A stretch of DNA of 64,000 nucleotides from contig CM120640.1 in the NCBI GenBank assembly GCA_051362555.1, forward strand, positions 60,614,788-60,678,787. Direction: 5' to 3'. A model generated the notes under the pieces. That model did not search any database, was not told where the DNA came from, and worked only from the letters and a program-made list of their open reading frames with translations. How positions within the stretch are numbered: position 1 is the first letter of the stretch; every line of letters starts with the position of its first letter. Shown in pieces: positions 36,601-49,700 of the stretch. This DNA comes from Lingula anatina (Eukaryota > Animalia > Brachiopoda). The position numbers and the translations under genes were made by a program.

Positions 36601-39600
36601 TATAGAAGACTGCATTTGGAAGATTAATATCAATCAGTGCATATATAAGGCATACCCCGCTATTTGATTTTTCATTGCAGGATATCAGTTATGAAAGGAA
36701 ACAATAGGAGAGTGAGCTCCTGTTCCTCAGATGCTAAAGGATCAATTATAGTGTCCACAGCCTGGGACTGCTATATCAAAGTGTGGCAGGGGAAAGATGG
36801 GGTGGAGGTCTCCAAGTTCACTGATGTGTAAGTTCACATATAATGATATGACTTTATAAAAGTCAGTTTATTTAATGCAATCATCATTCTCTCTTAACAT
36901 GACAGAAGTAGGAAAAATATATATGTAATGCTAATGATGGTTTTACATGTGTACTCATGGTGTTGTTTTTAATGCCCAGTCAAAAGGTATCATTTTATTG
37001 TGCACAAGAAATATGAGAAGTATATGCTATATGTCAAGTAAAAACAAAGGATCATGTTGTACATTTAGACATGCAGTCAAGCATATCAACTTACCAAGAT
37101 ATGAAAAAGTTGAATATGTTAAGTATTTTAATTAAGTTGGATTGTGATTCCAGATGTCCAGTAAATTGTGTAGCTTTCCACCCTGAGGGGCAGCTGATAG
37201 TGACTGGGAGCTGGGATGCATCACTAAAGATCTGGGACACATTGAACAAGAATAGAAAAGCTGTAAGTCAAGTGTCCAATAGATATATGTTATATAAAGA
37301 GAAAACAACTTCATTAAGAGAATGTAGTTTATGAGGAGATTAACAAGTAAAGCACTGTGGCGAAGCAAAAAAAAATGAATGTTTACCATAATGTCTTGCA
37401 TGAATGTAAACCAGGTAAACTAAGATTAGACTTGATGTGCATTAGATCCCAAGTTCTATATGTCCAGCTATATAGACATATTGATGAATATACAAAAATG
37501 TAACCCTATCTTGAAAAAAACTAAAATTGAATGATTTAAGGTGTTTAATTATTCCAGATACTTCGAGGCCATAGCAGCTCTGTGAGAAGTGTTGCTTACT
37601 CACCTTCTGGTAGACATATTGCTTCTGCCTCTCTGGACGGTGAAGTCAGGCTGTGGAATGCAGCTAATGGAACCCAGGTGAGTGGGATTTATGGTTGGGT
37701 AGATTAGAATAGAAACTTAGAAAGGCAGAAATATAAAAATTTCTGTTGAAAAATATGAGTTTTTGGCAACTGTACCAGCAAGTGTGCTGACAACCTACAA
37801 TTACCTTGTTTAAGATAATATGAGGAATTTTAAAACATTATAGATTGATATTACTGTACTTCTTCTCCAGGTTGGCACCCTCAGTGGTCATACTTTGCCT
37901 GTGAACAAGCTAGTTTTCTCACCAGCTGGTCAGGAACTCATCACGGTCAGTGATGACCACAAAATTAAGGTAAGGACCAAGTCTTTTTTTTTTCTTTAAA
38001 CATCTTTAAAATTGGATGGACTTGTTTTTCATTGCTGATTTGTTGGCACCAATATTTTTTATGTCCCTTCTTAAAGTTATTTCCATAAAACATCCCTTTG
38101 ATTCATAAAACTTGCTTCATAAAACATAGACCTTCACTTTTATCTTGAAGTGGTGAATGCCTTGAATACATTTTTTTTCTTTGTCATCATAGGTGTGGTC
38201 TGGTCATCTTGGTCAGCCTGTCAATTCCATTGGTCAAGAAGAATATGGTGCTGCCACCTCTGTAGCCCTGTCCAGAAATGGTCAGTACGTTGTTGTTGGG
38301 TACCATGAGGGGCAGACCAGAAGGTTTGACATCAGATCAGGTAAAGGATAATGGTATATAATCAAAACATAATAAACATCATTTACAGTTATATAAAAAA
38401 TTCTATTTCTGTTTCTTGTTATAACTTATTTTTGTAATAATTAATGGCTGGATGCAAGCTAAAAGATTGTGTCTTGATGAGAACAACTCGATTCACTTTT
38501 CACAAACTGCAAGCCAAAAACCTTTGAATGTGTCTTTATGCCATATATATATATATCTTGTTGCAGGCCTGTTGGACTTTGAGGTTCATCACCACCAGGC
38601 CAGTGTCAAGTGTGTCCACTGTGTAGATCATAGGGAGTCAGTCATCATCACAGGATCTGCTGACAACACTGCCTTGGTAAGCTAAGTAATTTTATTAAGC
38701 TGTGCTAATTTTCTTCCTGTGTAAGGTAAAATCAGTCATGGAAATACATCCTCATTATAATTGAAAATAGTTCTGTCCAATTAAAACTTTTTTGCTGTTG
38801 AAATTAGCTGTCTGTACAATCAGAGTTTCCTGATGTTTAGAAAGTGATGCATTTTCCCTGCTCTTTGCCTCTGATTGTCTTATCTTCCAAATGATTCACT
38901 GTTGGATGACTTTTCACGTATGCGCTAACATTCATGTTATTTGTCTAGGCACTGGACCCACTTACAGGAAAGGCTCTGTTTTCTCTCACTGGCCACACTA
39001 ATAGTGTCCTCTGCATTGATAGTAGACTGGACTGGCTGGCTACAGGGTCTGAGGATTTCCAAGCGAGGATGTTTGACAGAAAAAGAGGGTGAGGCATTCT
39101 TTTAGTGAACAGAACGCTAAAACAAGCACAAGATAAATATTGAACTACATGTATATAAACTATTAATTTATGGACATGTTTATATTTATGAACCATTAAG
39201 TTTTAGATATCTGAAATTGGTATTCCATATATCACAGTCCATTTGATAGTTTGCCTGTTGGCCTGGTAGGTCAAGGTACACTTGGGGAGTAGTTTCAGTT
39301 TGTTGAAGTTTAAAGTGAATTATATGTAACATAAAGGTATAGTTAACAGTAAATTTAAAGTAAAAAAATAATTTGATGAAGTTTTTAGAAACTTGTCAAA
39401 GGAATTACAGGCCCCTTTCCTATACAGTCCACATCTATAGCATATGTCTTATAAGTAATATATTTTGTGTTATATTTTAAAAGTGGTCCTCCTTATGCTG
39501 TGCTGTCTGGCCATGTGGCTCCTGTAACTGGTTGTTCATTTAATGCCGAGGGAAGTTTGTTGGTCACCTCCTGTAGAGGAGCAGTAAGTTTTGTTTAATA

Positions 39601-42600
39601 TAAGTTCCACAATCCAAACACAAAAACATTCAAGTCAGTCTTAATTTGCTCCAGTCACACAAAAGGAGCTCATCTTGTTAAGCGAATTTTGGAACTTGAT
39701 TGAAACCTATTAAACAGACACAAATATGCATATTGTATGTGATTGTGTTTGTCGTCCAGTTTCTTTTAAATTTTGTTAATTTAGATACTGTACATAATGA
39801 AAATTCATCAGAATTTGAAACAAATTTCTAACCAGAAAAATTGGTTTCTTTCTTTCTTTCTTATATTTCAGTGTTTAATGGTGTGGAACATACAGGATCT
39901 TTTTCCAGGAGATAAGAACATACCTATGAACGTCATTAGTGCCTGCCATGCAGACTGGGTCAATGGTTGCATGTGGTCCAACACTGGAGACTTTGTGGTG
40001 AGACTGCATGAGAGACATAACAGCCTCAGTTTTCAATTGACATCCCCTTGTTTTGCTGTGTTTGAGGCATTGTAATTTGCAAAATAATTAGCCCTGAAAC
40101 AGTGCATGTGCATGTGTGTGGAAAGTTTAAATACTGAGTATACAAATCTTATTGCTATTTTGTTTAAGAGTTTTAATAAACAGTGTGCTGGGGCATTTCA
40201 TAGTTATAAAATGATGCCATTGATATAACCAAAAGACACTTGAGTGCTAGAGTGTGTCTATGTATATTGCAGTTCATTTATATATAAATGTTGAAAAACA
40301 ATATATTTCTTTCTGGTTATGTTGTGTTTGCAGAAACCTTTTAACATGATTACCTTTTTTGCCCATTGAAGTAGATCCAAATCTTACTTTAGGTAACAGC
40401 TTCCAATGATTTCAACTTGAAGCTATGGGATATACTGAAGGCCACACCCAAAGAGAAACTCACAATGACGGGTCACATGGCAGCTGTCAATGCAGTAGCT
40501 TATAAGGTAATCTTGAGGAATAATTCTTGGTTGTTTGATACACACCATACTGAGATTTTATACCAAGCATGAAGAATTAATTTATTGAGATGATCATTTG
40601 AAATATGCTGTAAAGCACAACAAAACTGCTTCATGTCATGTTATTTCTTACCAATGGCTGGCCATGTGTTATCATTCAATTTTAAGGTATGTTCCATTTA
40701 TGGAGGTCATCTTACCCATAACTATTTAGTCACTCTATCGTTACATTGTTTCTAGTATGGCTGCATTGTGTCTGCGAGCTCAGATGGTCAGATGAAGGTT
40801 TGGTCCCACAAGGGTACAGAGATTACCACACTCTATGGGCACAAGCTGAGAGCCAATGCCTGTGATATATTTGTACAGGTACAAGAAAAAGACAAAGGTG
40901 CGTACAAGGGTTGGATTCCAAAATTGGATGGCCGTATTTATTTGATTGCTAAATATATGGCCTATATAACTTCATGATGTCAGTGTTGTCATGAAATATT
41001 TTGATAATGAGTAGAAAGGTTTGTAGATTAAACTGAAATGTGGTTTTCAGGAAGAATTGACACATTTGTGTCTTCCTTACTGTTTATTTTTAGTTGTCTG
41101 AGGTTCATTAGTGTTCATGTTTGTTATTATAATAGTGGAAGAAGAAACAAATGAGGTGTCAGACTGGGCAACAGAAGTAGAGACAGAGGAGTGGAAGGCA
41201 GAGCATGAAAAAAGTATGAAAGGCAAAAAAGACATCAAGGTTGAAGATGTGATGGTTGCCTCCTGTGGTGACGATGGTATGGTGTGGATATGGCGACCAT
41301 TACAGGTATGTCATATGAAACTGACTGGAGACTCAACTACTCCCATAATTGGAAGAAAATCGTTTTAAAAATGTTAAAGATTGTTTGAATTTATTTCCTT
41401 GACCAAGTTGGATTAAAAAAGATTGGAATAATATAGACTGCTGTATTAGGTCTCAAGTTTTTTCATGCATTATTTCAAATTATACTTTGAAATGTGTATA
41501 CTGCTTAAACCTGCAAAAAAATTACATGATATCATATTTGTTTTATAGGGCAACCAATTAGGCACTTTGCTGGGACATTCAGACAGAGTAATATCTGTGG
41601 CTGCAGGAATCGATAAAGTGTGCAGCAGCTCACTGGATAAAACCATCAAAATGTGGCAAAATGAATTCTCCAAGACTATGACACGAGACAGTCACGACGC
41701 AGAAATAAGTGCCATGACATGGTCAGCAGATGGACAGTATGCAATCACTGCAAGCAGGTACATGCTGTAAAATTATTGCAATGCACAGTGTTTATTAACT
41801 CTGGCTGTGATCACATCTGACTGGTTATTATCTTACCTCAGATGACTAGAGGGTATGTATAACCTTATTGTTTTGTAATTGTTAATACCTTGTGTTTAGC
41901 AATTTGATCATCATGCAACAGTTAAACTATTGTCAATAACTTTCAGGGACGGTCATGTCAGAGTGTGGAGTTTTGAAGAAGATTCTAGCAAGAAAACATA
42001 CTTGAAATGTCAATGCTCTTTCAAGGTTTGTATTTATATACACAACATGTTTCTTTCTAAAAATGAATCGATGTATATGGCACTAACGTAAAAATGGTTT
42101 AAAAATTGAGAATTGAAATATTTTCTCATTTTACATCTTATGTTTCTTTTCTCTAACTATGTATATCTAACATCAGCTATGTTACATATTTACTGAACAT
42201 CCCTGTTTATCTATTCCAGGCACACCAGCATGCCATCACTGGCGTATGTTTTGTATCTCTGTATTGCTTTGCGGTCTCGTCAGAAGATGGAACTGCCTCC
42301 CAGTGGAAAATAGATTCAAATGAAAAGAGGATAGCTGTCAGGTGAGACATTATAGGCATTACAAGGAAAAAAAATTATTATCATCATAATTAGAAGCTGT
42401 ATAAAATTTTAAAGTAAAATGTCAGAAAGGGGTTCATCAGTAATTATATATTTTCAACAAGGTATTCCTATTACAGTTTTTTAAAAATATTTTTATTCAG
42501 GTTTTTAAAAATATCAGAATGTTTAATTTCACAGTAACACAAGTACTTTAAATAATGCTTTTAAAATCAGTCTGCAATTATGAACCAAGTAACATAGTGG

Positions 42601-44329
42601 GACTGATTTTTTTCAGGAAATTAAAACCATTTGGAAATACAATGCCTATCAATTGTATTACTTCTTGTGATGGACACATTTGGTTTGCCAAGTGGGACAA
42701 AAGACTTTACTCCTTTAATCAGCGTTATGAAGAAAAAATCTATCCATTGCAGTAAGTTTTAATAGCAACCTCAATCGATATTTAGATAAAACATTTAGAG
42801 AGTCTGATTTTTTCCATGAAATCATACTTGGGTTAATATCATGGCTGTTATAATATCATTCTAATGTCGCTATAATAGTTTTTTTCATATTTTATACCAG
42901 CAGTTCTTCAATAGGTTTAAAAAAACAAAATAGACTTATATTCATTTAAACCATGCCCTCATGCACTCCATTTCACAGAGGTAATAAAGATTATTATTAA
43001 AATTTAAGAGACAATCAGCAAGATTTCCACCACACTCACTGGATTCTAGACATGACTGCCAGAAAAGGCATATTAAGCAGGGACATGACCTATCAAGTCT
43101 GCACTGTGGGGGCAGCTGGAACAGTGAAAGAATATGCTGTTAGCGTCAAGGTGAGAATTCATAAAAAAATTAAGACAACTCTTTCTTGTAGTATGCATGT
43201 GTGATGTGTCTTTACTTGCTATGTGAGGGAAATAGCAAAAGTGTTTTTATTGATTGGAAATCTGAATTCTAACATTCTGTGTCATAAGTTAGCTTTTATA
43301 ATTCCCATTATATTCAAACTTATTTATTTGCAGAAACCGAAGGCAGACTTGATGCACTGTACAGAAATCAAACCACCAGCAGATGTAAAGGGCAGGGAAA
43401 AATCGCCAGCCAACTGGTTACTATGTACAGGTTGCCATAACAACAAGATTTATGTTGGGGATTCAAGTGGTCAGTTGTCAGTATTGCATTCACCTGGCAA
43501 ATGTTTGCCTGATACTAAAAAGGTAAATATTTCATTTATCATATCCTGTACCTTTATATAGTGTTGTGGAAAGGCCTAAATAATTTATAAAGTGCACATA
43601 ACTTTTGTTTGAATTCTGTGAAGTTAATATTAATCATTTAATATACTCTGTCATAGCCAAAACAGAAAGTAAACATTTCTCATTTGTGAATTAATTTTTA
43701 GGTCCATGCCAGTGCAATCAATAGTGTACAGATTGTTGGTGAGGAAGAGCCAACTATATTCACAGCATCCTCAGATAAGACCATCAAAGTCTGGGACCAT
43801 CAGATGAAACAGGTTAACCAAATATTTCACATGAGCCTTTCTTTTCAGTTGCCTATTTTGAATTCTCAAGTTGGTTTTGTTAAAATGTTAGCCCTGTATT
43901 CATTTAATTCTATGAAAACAGGAAAAGATCTTAAAGGTGGTTAAATGCAAATTATTGAAATATAGAACAACTTCAACATTTCTAAGGAATACCTACAGTC
44001 ACTTCACATTTATATTTCATATATCCTATTAATAATTCATCATTAGAAACTTATACTAAAAAGTATCTATAATATCCATCCACAGAAGTTAAAAAGAAAC
44101 TGAACATTAAAAGCAGTGTTTTTAATACTCTATCTAATAATGAATATTTTAATCCCACAAGAAAACTCAAACTGAATATTTGTATTTGATTGTTCAGATT
44201 GGCCAGTATTTCACCCAGTCTCCAGTGATGAAGCTGGCAGTTCAGCCAAGTAGTGGGGACCAGAGTACAAGGCTTGTGCTGTGTGGAGACCAGCTGGGCA
44301 ATGTCTTGGTACTGGAATGGATAGGGTAA
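21608..44329 (+). CDS. TEP1: Telomerase protein component 1 / vault-associated TEP1 (TROVE, vWA, DUF4062, NACHT, WD40), canonical isoform; about 50 exons
   Basis: Start MYNMKETSV...SSG|LRLG (21608). TROVE: YDPEFILK|[24 protein letters not shown]|[51 protein letters not shown]4062: [20 protein letters not shown]...VDLRWGV (28966-29141), [10 protein letters not shown]...SITELE. NACHT Walker A GKPGCGKT (~30785-30808) and Walker [10 protein letters not shown] (~31478-31505). Many GH...WD repeats at 35900-44325. The end [14 protein letters not shown] resembles the vertebrate TEP1 C-terminus. Confidence 0.93.
21676..21710. repeat. (GT)n microsatellite just after the donor of the first TEP1 coding exon
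   Basis: gtaagtgtgtgtgtgtgt... read directly. Confidence 0.95.
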
Positions 44330-44604
44330 ATAGTATATTTTAAATTCCACACGCAATGTAAGCAAACTCATTAAATCCTGATCCTTTTGGGTCTTTTTCA
44401 CATCATGTTACGATAAGAAATTTATTTTTATTAGCATAAGCTTTCTTAATATATAAATAGACTTTACTGAGTCACTGTGTTTTGGAGTCGGGTAAACTCA
44501 ATTTAAATATATCCAAAAAAATAAGATGTCACATAGTTAGGTAATCTGCAAACTGGTGCATTTCATCAAATCATTTTTGATTTCATGTTTTATCTTTATT
44601 ACAG

Positions 44605-45106
44605 TAATGTAAAGGCACCAGGCACAAAAACAGATGACAAAGTAACCTTGTTCTGGAATCATACATCACCTTTCAGCCAGTGGTACCCAGCAAAATTCAC
44701 ACTAGATGGGCAAAAGTTTAGCTGTGCAGAGCAGTACATGATGTACAGCAAAGCTATGATGTTCAATGACAAAGAAACAGCAGATCTTATCATGAGTACC
44801 AACAGTCCAAAAGAACAGAAGGAATTAGGTAGAAAAGTGAAAGGATTTCAGCCGGATGTGTGGGGGGCTTTAGTAGATGATGTTGTGAAGAAGGCAAATA
44901 TGGCTAAATTTACACAGAATGGTCACTTGAAGAAGTTACTCCTGGGCACTGGATCTAGCATGCTGGCAGAAGCCAGTGCTGAAGATAGGATCTGGGGCAC
45001 AGGTTTGTCAGCAGAGCACAAGCAGGCTTATGATATGGCACAGTGGCCAGGGAAGAATAAGCTTGGTAAAATTTTGTGCGAGGTGAGAGAATCCTGCAGA
45101 AAATAA
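44605..45106 (+). CDS. NADAR (YbiA/DUF1768) domain exon; predicted alternative terminal exon of TEP1
   Basis: FW..TSPFSQWY, F.CAEQYMMYSKA..F.D, PKEQKELGRKV..F...VW, AKFTQN..LK.LLL.TG...LAEAS..DRIWG.G and WPGKNKLGKIL.EVRE are the NADAR family motifs. It is preceded by a pyrimidine-rich tract and acceptor ttattacag (44604) whose phase matches the donor ATA GG|gtaaat at 44325. Confidence 0.9.
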
Positions 45107-45223
45107 TACTATTAGGACAACTCTCAAGGTAACTGTGCTTTGGGTATTTAAAAACAGAAACTTTCAGAAAATAATACTATAAGGACAAATTTCAAGATAA
45201 CTGTGATTTGGGTATTAAAAACT
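45097..45223. repeat. ~68-bp imperfect tandem duplication spanning the NADAR stop codon
   Basis: cagaaaataatactattaggacaactctcaaggtaactgtgctttgggtatttaaaaac recurs as cagaaaataatactataaggacaaatttcaagataactgtgatttgggtattaaaaac at 45165. Confidence 0.85.
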
Positions 45224-46062
45224 ACGCATTTGACGTTTGGGTTAATTTCAAGATGCACAGTTTAGCAGAAATCAAGACATAAATTAAAAGTACATTTTAG
45301 AGAGTGGTTAGTATTGTATGACCATGAAATATTATTCAGGCAAGAGCCTTTTACTCCCTTAAAATTGGTAAATCTTTTTTTCCTCAAATGTTATTGCTTG
45401 AAGGTGTTTTACAGTTTCAGGATTTACATTTGAGTGGACTTTATCATGTCAGGTTGCAAAACAGAGGTACATGTTCAATGTTGAAATATGGGATGTAGTG
45501 GTTTGATTACTTATCTAATCTACAATTAGCATCAACTATTCCATTTTCATTAGCTGAGTTTTTAGGGAACTATAATATTTTGAGTTAACTAAATTCCTAC
45601 TTTTCACACAAAATATTTTCACATTTTATATATGAAAAGGAGTATAAATTTAACTTAAATGTAATGTTTGATGAATGTTTTTTATGTCATGCTTGGAAAC
45701 TGCTGTGCAAGTCTTACTTTTCACACTTTATAGGGGGATTATGCTATATGTAGTGGATAATAGTTTTATCATTTAAATCAAATGATAGGGGTTTCAGACT
45801 CTGCAGCCTATTATACAACCTACATGAGGATACCCAATTTAGATTATATATATATATATATATTTTTTTTTTTTTTCTAATTAAAATTGTTTAGTGACCT
45901 CTACAAATGTTCCTGAGAATGCCATCTTCTGTTTAGAAGCTTTATTCTTCAGCAGCTGAACATTTGAACTCTGTGATATTTATATTATGGATACTGAAAT
46001 TAGTTTACATGCAGTACTTGTGATAACCATTTTTTTCTATTGATTGTTCTTTTTTATTTTGA

Positions 46063-46146
46063 AATAAAAGTTATTTTCAGAATCTTTTAATTTTTATGTT
46101 CATTCAAACTTTTCTCCTGTTTAAAAATTAGAATTACAACTTTATT
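46063..46146. terminator. Candidate convergent polyadenylation signals of TEP1-NADAR (+) and PUF60 (-)
   Basis: AATAAA on + at 46063-46068 and TTTATT (AATAAA on -) at 46141-46146. The background is AT-rich, so specificity is limited. Confidence 0.4.
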
Positions 46147-46728
46147 TATATGCAGGACATCCCTACAACTCGCAGATATTTTAAAACATTTGGTCATCAG
46201 TCAACGATCTCAAGGTGGATACATTTCAATCTGTCAGACATACTCACAAATTAATATAAAATTTATATCCAGTGATGACTATTAAAATAATTTAGCATTA
46301 CATGTGGAATATCATTTTCTTATACAGATCTTTGCAATTAAGCTGTATCCTAAAGCCCTGGATTTTTGGGAATGTAAACTGGATATAAATGGAGATTACT
46401 ACTCTTGAAAAAGGCCATCCTTCTCACATAGATCAGTGTCTAAGAATCCAGCCAGTAGACTGCATCAGTAACAAAAGGTTCTCCATGCCTGCATAAATGT
46501 GCACATAAATAGCAATTTAGACATGGGAGCCAAAATTTCCAGGTGCATGAATGAAACATTCATGTATATATCTCCAGTCCCGTCCCTGATACACTGATAG
46601 TGGCTTGAATCCAAAGAGAAGACACATGCTGAACATTTGCCGGTCTAAAGGATGAAAATCAAACTCAGACTTTGACTGTACATGTGATAAAAAGGTAATG
46701 ATATTATGTTCCATGTCCACTAATATCT

Positions 46729-49700
46729 TTACCCTGATAAGTCGTTAGCATTGAACAAGTCCTGATCGTATATCTCTGCTCTCACAATATGTCCTCCAAA
46801 ATATCTCCCATTCAAAGCTTGACATCCTGCCTGTGCCTCTGGAAAGTAATATAGGCTATGTTAAAACGAGACTAAATTAATTATATGTCCATTTTTACTA
46901 TTTCCATGCTTATGTTTTAATGCAATAATGTTGTTACAATATTAGTTAAGTTTCATTTTTGTAACCAAAATGTCATAAAAAATTTAAAGTTCGATTTTTT
47001 TATAACTATGAATCTCACTTTTATCTAATAGAAAGACCAACACATTACACAGATGATGCCAGAAAGCCTCTTACCTTTTAATTGTTCAAACTCCACAAAT
47101 ATTTTCACAATGATATCTGCATCTTCCTCCTCTCCTTGTTTCTCTTGGTAGATGATAACTCTCTTCACATTGCCATATTTCCCACACTCCTCTGTCACTT
47201 CAGTTTCTAGCTCCTCGTCTAGATCATCTGCATCCACCATATTCCTCAGCACCATTACGCTGCTCTGAAAGGAGGGATTAAGCATAAAAATATGAAAAAA
47301 AAAACTCCCTTGAACTAAGTGATATATGAAATGGTTATATTAAAACTTAAAATGACCAGTATCAACTAATGAATTTAATAGTACTTAATGACATACGTAG
47401 TGTCACATTTAAGAATCGTCAATTTTACCACCCACACCTTCCTTCATGCCTATGGAAGGTGAAAATTTACTTCTTAAATCAAAACTGTCGCGCAGAGCAT
47501 TTATTACCTCTGCAGCTTTCCGTAGAAGTTTCTGCATCACCATGTGTCTGGCATTACTTCCACTAATCTTCAGGTTTTCCTGCTGATCTAAGGTCTGGGC
47601 AGGGTCTTCTTCCACCAATTTCTTCTGTGCCTCTGTGAGTTCTGTATTCCGCACTGGCTGTGCCTGGGGCTGTGGGGCCACTGTGGCTACAGGCTGATTA
47701 CCATGCATGCTGCTCACAACACCTAGATAGGACAATTCATATTTCAATAAAATTTAAATTCCAATTTTCAAATTATTTTTCAAAAGATTAATTATTACAA
47801 ACACACATTCAAAAAGATGCTTATTCAGTTTTCTGATCTACCCATCTTAATGAACAAAATACTAGTACCATGTGTTGTGAGTGTATACATGTTTCATACA
47901 AAAATGTCAATTTGAAAAATTTATTGACAAAAATCTAATTAAAAAAAAAAAGGGCAAAGCTTTGATAGCATACCTGGCATAATGGTAGCAGGAGCAGACA
48001 GACCTGGAAGCATCATAGGTGTCACCATTCCAATGGGAGGCACAGTTATTCCTGCTGCTGTTGTAGGTGGTTGTCTTGAGGCAATACTGGAGGTAGCAAC
48101 CCCAGGGATAGAGGAGACAACAGGCAAGGTGGGTACAGCACCCACAGTGGTAACTGGAATTGGGGTGATTATCCCTGGGGCTGACACAGCAGGCATTGCC
48201 ACACCTATTGGGGGAATTGCTTGAGATTGCATCATATCCATTTGAGGGATGCTTACACCAACAGGAGGCTGAAATAACAGAATGGACATTGACAAAATTT
48301 CTACAGTGCATACTTAAAGAGCACAATTTTGAAATTTGGAAACTCACAATAACATCAGACAATTTATGAAAATATTTAAAATTTTACAAAGTTAAAACCA
48401 TTTCTACCAATATACTAAATTACTGCTAAAACCGAACTTCAACAGGCCAATTTTGCTCCAATTGTCCCTAACCTCATAACACTACTTGTGGAAACTACAC
48501 TCACCACTGCTCCAGATGCGCTTGGAGAGCCAGGATCAAAGCCTGCCACAGCATCCATTGCAGTGATTTTAGCTGTGACAGCAGCAGCAGCAACAGCAGC
48601 AGCTGTGGGCATCTGACCTGGACCAAGTGGGGCAACAGTAATATTCGGTGGGGTGATGGCCTGGAAACATGAGACATATTAAGTATTTTTTAATTGAAAA
48701 GGCTACGGTTTAAATAAATTAGACTATATACAAGAAGTTTAATCATAGTTATGGCATTGTTGTAATCTGTTCATTTTGTAATAATGAACATTTAAGAAAA
48801 TGTAACACACATTTAGTCTCTCATAAGTTACATGTCACCACAAACACATCAATATTTGCACTCACCCTTCCTACTCTAAGGAACTGCCCTCCGAGATCAA
48901 ACAGATTCATGGAAGCCACAGCATCAGTGGCACCCTGGTTTGTACCATATTCTATGAAACCAAAGCCCCTATAAAAGTAAAACATCAATGTTAAGATACT
49001 TGTAATGAGAACAAGTGTACTTAGTGATATTTAACTCCAATATGTGTAAAGAGCTTCAAATATTTTAACCAAAACACAAACACCAAAACATTACAATAAT
49101 TAATTATATCCTAACATCAAATAATATTAGTGTACTGTACATTACCGATGTTTTCCTGGCTTTGTGGGATCTGGAGCCAATTTGCATGCATTCACAGGGC
49201 CAAATGCTTCAAATACACTGCAAGAAAAATTAGAAATTAGTAAAACAACATTCTTAATTTATGACACTGATGCAAAATTGAAAAGCACCCAAACATTCAA
49301 GTGTGGATACAATCAGGAAAGACAATTTTAATTTATTTGCACATATTGATGATTTGTTAATTTACTGTCTTTCTTAACAGCTGCTTCTTAACTGGGGTTT
49401 TGTGTTTTACAAGACTGCTCACCTTTTTATATCATTGTCTGTCAGATCTTGATGTACTGAAGAATAATAAATCCTATTGTATTTCTTGGCTTCTTCTGCT
49501 AGCTGTTCTATGATGGGCTGTGCTTGAGGCATATTACTAGGCCTACCAACCTAGAAGACAATCATGGTAATAATGAAATGAGAATCAAATTAAGTGGTTA
49601 CAGCAACTCTTTTACAGTCCAAAAGATCTTATTTATTTAAAATGATTCTCTGTTTCAATCTCTCACTCTATAAAATGCAACACACAATAAGTTTTATACT

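Noticed and set aside
44585-44604. NADAR as a standalone single-exon gene starting MFYLYY at 44585
   Set aside because: That ATG and the following codons are the pyrimidine-rich tract and acceptor, only ~255 nt after the TEP1 stop with no promoter features. The phase-matched splice explains it better, though a standalone gene is not formally excluded.
44585-45106. Bacterial contamination as the source of the NADAR ORF
   Set aside because: It is embedded between intron-containing genes, has host-like CpG-depleted composition and a proper splice acceptor, and shows no operon or RBS context.
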